Shown here: positions 34,419 to 40,422 of the stretch, one piece after another
How positions within the stretch are numbered: the stretch's first letter is position 1
Layout of the letters: every line of letters starts with the position of its first letter
Source of the DNA: a virus
Lineage: Duplodnaviria > Caudoviricetes
Reading direction: 5' to 3' (one strand)
IMG/VR virus record: IMGVR_UViG_3300029822_000026
Span: 1 to 40,422 of that record
Length of the DNA stretch: 40,422 nt
The notes under the pieces: model-generated
What the model saw: only the letters and a program-made list of their open reading frames with translations
Told to the model about the DNA's origin: nothing
Databases searched by the model: none
Program-made: the position numbers and the translations under genes

Positions 34419-34852
34419 CTAGCTCTAAAGAGCTTGCCGCTTTTAGCCCAGCTCTTACCCTGCTTGCCCTTGCTATAAGCAGTGTGCGCCTGCTCACGCA
34501 TTTGCGCAATCATGCTATTCATCTGCGGCTGAATTACCTCCTGAATAAACGGGAAAATCATCAGCAGCAACTCGATATAATTCTCCTCGTAGAACGCTAC
34601 CAGCTTATCGGTATTTTCCTTACCGATTAAAACAACCAGCAAAGTAACGATAGCCTCACCCAAGGCCTGAACCTCTTTTTCCGTTACGCCAGTGGCCTTT
34701 GCCGCCTTAACAGCCTCGCGCGCAAGAATCAGCTGTGTTGCGGCTTGCTGATACTCCTGAACGATATCCAAGGGCGCAATTTCGATAACCAAGATCTCGT
34801 CTCCCAGTTTCAACTCTTCACGAATTTTCTGTTGACGTTTGACCTCGTACAT
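34415..34852 (-). CDS. Tail assembly chaperone
   Basis: Helical 145 aa protein between major tail and gp15-like genes. GGAGGT RBS. Confidence 0.7.
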   Translation of the reverse strand: MYEVKRQQKIREELKLGDEILVIEIAPLDIVQEYQQAATQLILAREAVKAAKATGVTEKEVQALGEAIVTLLVVLIGKENTDKLVAFYEENYIELLLMIFPFIQEVIQPQMNSMIAQMREQAHTAYSKGKQGKSWAKSGKLFRAR

Positions 34853-34876
34853 ACTAACTTACCTCCCTTTTATCTT

Positions 34877-34904
34877 AGAGGGCGGCCTTAAACCGCCCTC
34901 TTTT
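34877..34904. terminator. Hairpin after the major tail gene; U-tract lies on the + strand
   Basis: AGAGGGCGG-ccttaaa-CCGCCCTCT-TTT. Confidence 0.55.
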
Positions 34905-34914
34905 ATTGAACTAG

Positions 34915-35655
34915 TTAGTTGCCTCCGCCACCCTCGACTACATACACACGAGCGCTTCCCGCCTTCTGCGCTGCATTGGTAGCTGTAATGACTTCAGCAA
35001 CCGTTACGATCTGACCCTGTATCGCGAGGATAGAATCGTTGCCATCCCACGCAGTCCAACCAGTTGTGAGCACCTCATCCTTTGCAGGAATTACGGGCAC
35101 GCTACCAAGTTGGTACTTGTAGCTGTGACTCGCCCCGATGGGCGGATTGACAAACAACGAAGTCTCGCCTTCCGTACCCACAGCAAGCGAAACAACTACC
35201 AAGGGATCCAAATAGGTATCTGTTTGAATTGTCGGAGCACCGTTGCCGTGAATTGCGACAGAGATTGCGGAGGGCTGATTTGCATCTCCGCCGGAGATCG
35301 TGATGTTTGCAAGCGTTACAGGCCACAGAATGATTTCACCATTCGGACGAGTAAGCCGCAAAGTGGTTTTTCTTGCCTCACCCCAGGCATGCATCACAGC
35401 ATCACTAAAGATGTAATCCTGCGCAGCATTGTTGAAATACCGCACACCAGTCAGCGTACAGATATACTGCCCGCCAGTTACCTCGGTGCTACCCCAGCCA
35501 GCATCGCAAAGAAAGGAAGCTTGATAAAGCACCTCATTGAGCGATTCAGCCAGGTTAGCAAATCCCTTACAGATTTGCGCCCACGTGGGCGAGCCTGCTT
35601 GCGGAGTGATATCGATCTCCAGCAAATTGTTGTAGTTCAAACTAATCTCCGGCAT
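34915..35655 (-). CDS. Major tail (tube) protein with C-terminal Ig-like extension
   Basis: Position; TEVTGGQ...LTGVR...AQDYI; C-terminal SYKY...GWTAWDG domain. Confidence 0.85.
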   Translation of the reverse strand: MPEISLNYNNLLEIDITPQAGSPTWAQICKGFANLAESLNEVLYQASFLCDAGWGSTEVTGGQYICTLTGVRYFNNAAQDYIFSDAVMHAWGEARKTTLRLTRPNGEIILWPVTLANITISGGDANQPSAISVAIHGNGAPTIQTDTYLDPLVVVSLAVGTEGETSLFVNPPIGASHSYKYQLGSVPVIPAKDEVLTTGWTAWDGNDSILAIQGQIVTVAEVITATNAAQKAGSARVYVVEGGGGN

Positions 35656-35656
35656 T

Positions 35657-36058
35657 TTAGCAATCCCCCTTAATGTAAATTTTTACACGAAACATACTAC
35701 CATACAGCCACTGTCGCGTTCCGCTTTCTTCTCGATCTAAATAATTAGGCGGCACTAGAGTTTCAATGTTCAAAATACTCCACTGTGTACCTTCGGAGTA
35801 TATTCGTGCTTGAGTTAATCCAATGTGCACAGCACTCATACTAGTAACTAATGTTTGTAAGTTAGAATGCTTCCCATTGAACACAACATAAATATCATAC
35901 TCACCACCCTTATCAAAGTGCATCTGTGTATTGTATCCAGGACCCATAAACATCGCAAGACCATTCTCAACCGGCATAGCACCGTGTTCAACTGTGGTGT
36001 ATGGCGCAGCAAAGCTTTGCGCTTGGTTGCGGATGTCTTGGATGATTTCATAGAACAT
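35657..36058 (-). CDS. Tail terminator (Minor_capsid_3-like)
   Basis: 133 aa, immediately upstream of the major tail gene. Confidence 0.65.
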   Translation of the reverse strand: MFYEIIQDIRNQAQSFAAPYTTVEHGAMPVENGLAMFMGPGYNTQMHFDKGGEYDIYVVFNGKHSNLQTLVTSMSAVHIGLTQARIYSEGTQWSILNIETLVPPNYLDREESGTRQWLYGSMFRVKIYIKGDC

Positions 36059-36062
36059 CAGT

Positions 36063-36416
36063 CTACCCCCGGCGTTTAGCTGCTACTTTACGAATAATTT
36101 CTCGATACTTCTCAGCATTCTCAGCATATGCTCTGTGTGCCCACAAAAGCGATGCATTTGGATTTACAGCCGTTAAAGCTTTTCCAGTGTAGTAAATGCG
36201 TCTGACGTAAGGCGTTCTCCACTCGAGCGTCGCCTCCTTAAAGTTACTAGCTTGAATGGACGAACGAATTGTTTCACCGCTTAGCTGTCGAGCGTAAAAG
36301 TTTGCGTCTTTTAGAGCTTCAGTTCCAACCTGCTGCAATCCCTCATCCATTGAATCGTCCATGGACTTCATTAGCTTTATCTTATCAAATTGTACTGTCA
36401 CTACAATCTGGCTCAT
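36063..36416 (-). CDS. Neck protein (Minor_capsid_2-like)
   Basis: W.TPY.RR.YY and NPNA..LW motifs. Confidence 0.75.
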   Translation of the reverse strand: MSQIVVTVQFDKIKLMKSMDDSMDEGLQQVGTEALKDANFYARQLSGETIRSSIQASNFKEATLEWRTPYVRRIYYTGKALTAVNPNASLLWAHRAYAENAEKYREIIRKVAAKRRG

Positions 36417-36751
36417 ACTAATCCAATCTCTTGATGATGTAATGTGTTCTGATCATATAAATATTCAACATCAACAACCCTAAATGCTCTGTTATGCCAA
36501 ACGATACAATCACCAGTCTTAAATCTTACACTTGCAGGTCTGCTGTTTACCTGATCATAAAACATAATCATCGAAAGTCTAATCTCGGTATTGGAGCTAG
36601 TTGTAATCATTTTTTTTGAAGGTTCAAACCTAATTTGAGTTAGCTGTCGAGATAGAGGCCAGCTCTCATTGCCGTCATCATCCCGAACCGATTTGCCGTA
36701 CTGCTGCTCTGCGCTATGAATTAACAGATGTCGTGGAATAGGTTGCATCAT
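36413..36751 (-). CDS. Head closure protein (Minor_capsid_1-like)
   Basis: PIP..LLIH N-terminus and HH.EI.LV C-terminus. Start at 36751. Confidence 0.75.
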   Translation of the reverse strand: MMQPIPRHLLIHSAEQQYGKSVRDDDGNESWPLSRQLTQIRFEPSKKMITTSSNTEIRLSMIMFYDQVNSRPASVRFKTGDCIVWHNRAFRVVDVEYLYDQNTLHHQEIGLV

Positions 36752-37131
36752 CGACACCTCGCCCTCAGACCAGTATAGGTTAATCCAGGACAGCATGCTA
36801 AATAGCCTCTAACTAAACCTGATAATGGAATACCATAAATGGAATCTGAATTTGATGCGCCACTATTCGAATAGCTGAACTTCCCTAGACTAACGCTACT
36901 CATCATTTCTCCACCTGTAGTAGCTAAAGTTAACAATTGCGCTGCTGTTGCTTTACGAACAGCCTCTGCACAATGCTCTGATAGTGCACCAATGCCACCA
37001 GCTTTCTTGATTCTGCAAAAAGTGAGCATGTCAATGACATCGCTTGCACGCCCGATCCACTCATCGAAGAGCGCCTCGTTCAAGGTGTTCGGAGCGTAAT
37101 CTTGGAAATACTCCCAGTCAATGTATGACAT
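36748..37131 (-). CDS. Head-tail connector/adaptor
   Basis: MSYID..Y, RAS..ID..T, SVSLGKFSYS and GL.Y.G. Start at 37131. Confidence 0.8.
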   Translation of the reverse strand: MSYIDWEYFQDYAPNTLNEALFDEWIGRASDVIDMLTFCRIKKAGGIGALSEHCAEAVRKATAAQLLTLATTGGEMMSSVSLGKFSYSNSGASNSDSIYGIPLSGLVRGYLACCPGLTYTGLRARCR

Positions 37132-37161
37132 GCTCACTTCCTCCACTACTCGATGGTACGG

Positions 37162-37566
37162 CTAATTCGACTCCGAATCAGCGACGATCCCCGCAGCGCG
37201 CAGCGCCGCAAGCAGCCCGTTGAAATCCGTAACAAGCCCCGCAAGTTCGTCAGCCTCGCTGTCGGCAACCGCCGCAGCTTGTGGAATCGCACTTGCGATT
37301 GCAACCGCAATGGCCCCCTCCTGCTCAAGCTCACTGGCGATCACGGTATGAATTGCGGTGTCCACCGTTCCGTCCGGCTCCACCGATGCGTCAATTGCAT
37401 CCGCAACCGCAACGGTAATGGCCCCTTCCTCCCCCAGCGCGGCAGCAACAGCCGCCGCGCCGTCCGACACCACAAGCCCCTCTAACTTTTCGATAGCCTC
37501 AACGATGCTACCGGAAGAGGTTTCCGTTCCGCTAAGAACGTCAATCGCGTTTGCCACCGATGCCAT
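37162..37566 (-). CDS. Head fibre/decoration-like protein
   Basis: C-terminal AAAVAD...LVTDFNGLLAALRAAG motif. Very acidic and Ala-rich. Directly after the capsid gene. Confidence 0.65.
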   Translation of the reverse strand: MASVANAIDVLSGTETSSGSIVEAIEKLEGLVVSDGAAAVAAALGEEGAITVAVADAIDASVEPDGTVDTAIHTVIASELEQEGAIAVAIASAIPQAAAVADSEADELAGLVTDFNGLLAALRAAGIVADSESN

Positions 37567-37586
37567 GAATTAACCCTCCCTTTCCG

Positions 37587-38768
37587 TTACGCTTTGATCG
37601 GCAACGTAATGTTTACACTTACCGGGCTAGTGGTAACGGTTGCCGTGGAGTTAGTCGTAGTGTAGCCAGACTTCTTAGCCTGGATTTCGTAGCTACCAGC
37701 CTGCAGCTTGAATATCGCATTACCATCTGAGCCTGTTACTTTGCGAACAGAGCCAATTTCAACCGCAACACCAGCAACGTTAGCAGGCGTATTTGCGTTG
37801 TCTTTGACGTTGATCGTTACAGTTTGAACGGTGAACGGAGTAGCCGCTTCAAGATATGCAAACGGGAAAGCCACTCGAGTCGTATCCAGGCGGGTTGCGG
37901 GATTAGGAAGAGCCCAGCCCATCCGGAATACCACACGCAAGGCAATCATATCCTGCTGCGGGAGGTTGTAGATGATGTTACCCTCGCTATCAGAAATGAC
38001 ACCCTGGTCGAGAATCTTGACTGTGACATCCTGACGAATGGAGTAGACAGCCTTTGTCCAATCACCGACAATCAACGCAGCATATGTAGTGTCGAAGCCG
38101 CCATTCGTGGGAATGAATAGCGGAGTGCCGTCGACAGCATACGGAGTGCTGGCAGCCTTCATGTCTGTAGTAAACAACGGCTGACCGATTTCAGTGCGGA
38201 GCCCACGCAGTTTGGCTTTGAAGCCGGGTTGCGCAATCGCCCCAGTTACCGCATAGCCCTTGCTTTCGATCTTATCCCAAACTCCATCAGTTGCCAGCAG
38301 ATCGGCATACAAATCAGAGGTCGGGGTGACATTATTACCGGCCTGCAAAGCAGCAGGCACAATGCCCATGCGCCAACTTGCAGGACGACCAACGTCGAAG
38401 ATCGCTGCCAGATCGATAAGCTGGTAGATTGCCTCACGAAGACGCGGGCTAACCTGACCAAAAATATCGAATTCGGCATCATCGAGAACTGCCTCAGGAA
38501 TGGGAACAATGACCGCCAGCTCCTCAGCGTTCATAAACACATTATCCCAAGCCGCTTCAGTCGTCTGCTTAAGACCCATGTCCCCATTTACCCAGTACGC
38601 GATAGGCAAGATGTCAAGCACCCTCATACGCGTCTGGTTGGAGGTCATGTTCGGCAGACGCCGAGCCATTGAAAGGAACGTAGAGCCTTGAGGTTGATCC
38701 TGAAAGATCTCCCCCATTACCTGCTGAGCGATAATCGCTTCAGCTTTTTCGCGATTGATTACAGCCAT
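37587..38768 (-). CDS. Major capsid protein (HK97 fold) with C-terminal Ig-like domain
   Basis: AYWV, AEELAVIVPIPE.VLDD, GDW and NL.QQDM.ALR. The last ~80 aa are beta-rich (TGSDG.A.F.L..GSYEI.AKKSGY). Confidence 0.93.
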   Translation of the reverse strand: MAVINREKAEAIIAQQVMGEIFQDQPQGSTFLSMARRLPNMTSNQTRMRVLDILPIAYWVNGDMGLKQTTEAAWDNVFMNAEELAVIVPIPEAVLDDAEFDIFGQVSPRLREAIYQLIDLAAIFDVGRPASWRMGIVPAALQAGNNVTPTSDLYADLLATDGVWDKIESKGYAVTGAIAQPGFKAKLRGLRTEIGQPLFTTDMKAASTPYAVDGTPLFIPTNGGFDTTYAALIVGDWTKAVYSIRQDVTVKILDQGVISDSEGNIIYNLPQQDMIALRVVFRMGWALPNPATRLDTTRVAFPFAYLEAATPFTVQTVTINVKDNANTPANVAGVAVEIGSVRKVTGSDGNAIFKLQAGSYEIQAKKSGYTTTNSTATVTTSPVSVNITLPIKA

Positions 38769-38772
38769 AATC

Positions 38773-39306
38773 TTAATCTCCTTTTCCTAATGCTGCACGA
38801 AGTGCCATATTTGCGGCGGCCGTTTCGCCTTCCTTTGCAGGGGGCGCCTGAGGCCCGGCCGTGGGGCCCGTGGGTTTACCGACCGTTTCAAACAAGTATG
38901 TGTGTTCCTTCTTCACCGCTTCCAGTGCCGCAACGATATCGGTCTGCTGATTCTTGCTCTCTTTCAGCTTATCGACATCCAACAAAGCCATCACAGCCTT
39001 ACTGCTTTTCGCCTTAGCACTGGTCACCGCAGTCTCGAGTGTCCTAGAAAACTCAATCTCTGAAAGCTTTTTTTGGTACTCTTGATCCTTTGCGCTCAAA
39101 TCGGTTGTTAAAGTTTTAACCTGTTTCTGGAGCTCAGCAACATCGATACCCTCGAAACCCTTCAGCTTCTCTTGAACCTCTTTGAGCGAGTCCTCAAAAC
39201 CTTTTGCCTTGTCTTTTTCAGTCTGGATGTCTTTGCCGTTCTCCGCCATAATTTTAGCAATTACATCTTTATCGAGTCCCAGCTCTTCCAAAAATTTAGT
39301 TTTCAT
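38773..39306 (-). CDS. Capsid scaffolding protein (Phage_GP20-like)
   Basis: MK..FLE.LGL....I.KIMAENGKDI, coiled coil, KAV.ALLD...L and YLF. Confidence 0.88.
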   Translation of the reverse strand: MKTKFLEELGLDKDVIAKIMAENGKDIQTEKDKAKGFEDSLKEVQEKLKGFEGIDVAELQKQVKTLTTDLSAKDQEYQKKLSEIEFSRTLETAVTSAKAKSSKAVMALLDVDKLKESKNQQTDIVAALEAVKKEHTYLFETVGKPTGPTAGPQAPPAKEGETAAANMALRAALGKGD

Positions 39307-39325
39307 TTTTCCTATCTCCCTGCTA

Positions 39326-39384
39326 AGTTTTTTTAAGTGGTTACTGCCACTCGCAGTGCCTATTTGTAAGTCTTAGGCTTGACT
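39326..39384 (-). promoter_or_regulatory. Structured leader of the scaffold gene (tandem hairpin/pseudoknots)
   Basis: Minus strand: AGUC-aagccuaa-GACU-uacaaa-UAGGC, then AGUGG-caguaa-CCACU-uaaaaaaa-cu. Confidence 0.45.
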
Positions 39385-39387
39385 AAA

Positions 39388-40422
39388 CTAAGCAATGTTT
39401 TCACGCGCACGCTGTCTAACCATGCCAGTACGTTTTATCAGCTCACGCATCTCGCGACTCTTCTCCGCAATCTTCTCGCGAGCTTTGCGCAATTCTGTCT
39501 CTTTACCTTCAGCTTCAGCAACCACTTCTCGTCTCTTTTGTTTGCGTAATTCACGTTCAATAGCACGCTGCTGCTGAGACTCATTGTATCGACGTTCGTT
39601 CTCTCGCAGGTCGTATGGGTGATAACGCTGTTCGCTAATCCCAGGCCAAAATGGATACATCACATGCCTGCAATTATAACCACACAATCCCTCTCCAGTG
39701 CCATATCCAGTAGCTTCAGCAAGATTTTGATACTTACTATCTCGACCATGAACCCTATAAATCTTGCCCTGCCATTCTGCATGTTCTGGACGCGCTCCCC
39801 AATGGGACGATACCTCCATCAGTTCCGCGCCCCACTCATCCGCACGCGCCATTTGTAACTTTCCAGCGCTTTCTGCACTAGTAGTAAGTATCATTTGACG
39901 AACAGCTACTTCAGGAGTCCGTCGAATTATCTTACCAGCAGCTGTTGCATACGTGATTCCTGTGATACCTTGATCTGCCAGTTCACGTGTAGCTTTCCAC
40001 ACACTGTCTTCGTATGAGTAAATCCCTACACTTGTCTCAAGATACACCTGGTTCACAATCTTCAAGAACTCAGTGTTTGCACTTTCCAGTGCTGTGGTAT
40101 TAACCAAATTCAAAACGCTTTTTGCGTTATCGACGGTAGCTTGCAGTATTTGCTGAATGACCGGCGAAGCTGTTAGCGGCATAGCTTGGTAAATAGTCAA
40201 TCCAGCGCGTTGCGCATCTAGGTAAATACTCTCAGCCAAATCAAGCGATCGGTAACCAGCTTCACGCATAATGCGCTCAACATCCTTCAAAGCCTTACCA
40301 GACATCTTAGCTATCAAAGCTAGATTCTCACGACGCAGACCACCGACCTCTTGAAGCTTACTTGCAAACCAGTCGAAATCGTCCGTTACAGTTGGCAAGC
40401 CTTGTTGAAACTTAATTGCTAT
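39388..40422 (-). CDS. Minor capsid protein, 3' part (second allele; true start lies at 803 via the circular junction)
   Basis: VSSHWGARPEHAEWQG, GLCGYNCRH and QR..ER..R..KR motifs. Open to the window end. Confidence 0.9.
   Translation of the reverse strand: MAIKFQQGLPTVTDDFDWFASKLQEVGGLRRENLALIAKMSGKALKDVERIMREAGYRSLDLAESIYLDAQRAGLTIYQAMPLTASPVIQQILQATVDNAKSVLNLVNTTALESANTEFLKIVNQVYLETSVGIYSYEDSVWKATRELADQGITGITYATAAGKIIRRTPEVAVRQMILTTSAESAGKLQMARADEWGAELMEVSSHWGARPEHAEWQGKIYRVHGRDSKYQNLAEATGYGTGEGLCGYNCRHVMYPFWPGISEQRYHPYDLRENERRYNESQQQRAIERELRKQKRREVVAEAEGKETELRKAREKIAEKSREMRELIKRTGMVRQRARENIA
39704..40422. repeat. Imperfect terminal overlap, copy 2
   Basis: Matches 1..719 at ~95% identity without gaps. 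Confidence 0.97.

Noticed and set aside
33786-34852. Programmed -1 frameshift in tail chaperones
   Set aside because: The genes overlap by a GTGA start/stop, the second is a gp15-like stand-alone gene, and I saw no convincing slippery heptamer.
39326-39351. Second preQ1 riboswitch
   Set aside because: The loop is only 6 nt (CAGUAA), lacks the U-C start and ligand-pairing C, and precedes a structural gene.

Overview
The window holds what looks like a complete, circularly permuted tailed-phage genome of about 39.7 kb (unit length 39,703 bp plus a 719-bp imperfect end overlap). It resembles a siphovirus of a Firmicutes host, probably Clostridia, judging from AGGAGG ribosome-binding sites, sigmaA-type TTGcaN-17-TATAAT promoters and an A118/SPP1-like head-tail module. 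The minus strand carries packaging, head, tail and lysis genes (3958->1, continuing 40422->23301). The plus strand carries early genes around an AT-rich inverted-repeat origin candidate, followed by recombination and replication genes: Cas4-like nuclease, Sak4, DUF669 SSB, DnaG-primase/MCM-helicase fusion, PolA, SNF2 and RuvC-like resolvase. No integrase is recognisable. The standout feature is an apparent salvage-only 7-deazaguanine DNA-hypermodification system. It comprises a YhhQ-family preQ0/preQ1 transporter directly preceded by a candidate preQ1-I riboswitch pseudoknot, a TGT/DpdA-like transglycosylase coupled to a PurN-like formyltransferase (predicted product formyl-preQ1), and two nucleotide-pool hydrolases (MazG-like, DUF5664) beside the phage polymerase. 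No folE/queD/queE/queC/queF genes are recognisable. Other oddities are an anticodon-less tRNA-like element after the transporter, a subtilase-amidase endolysin fusion with an internal start, and a beta-propeller fused to the distal-tail-position protein. All family calls come from motif recognition by eye, not from database searches.
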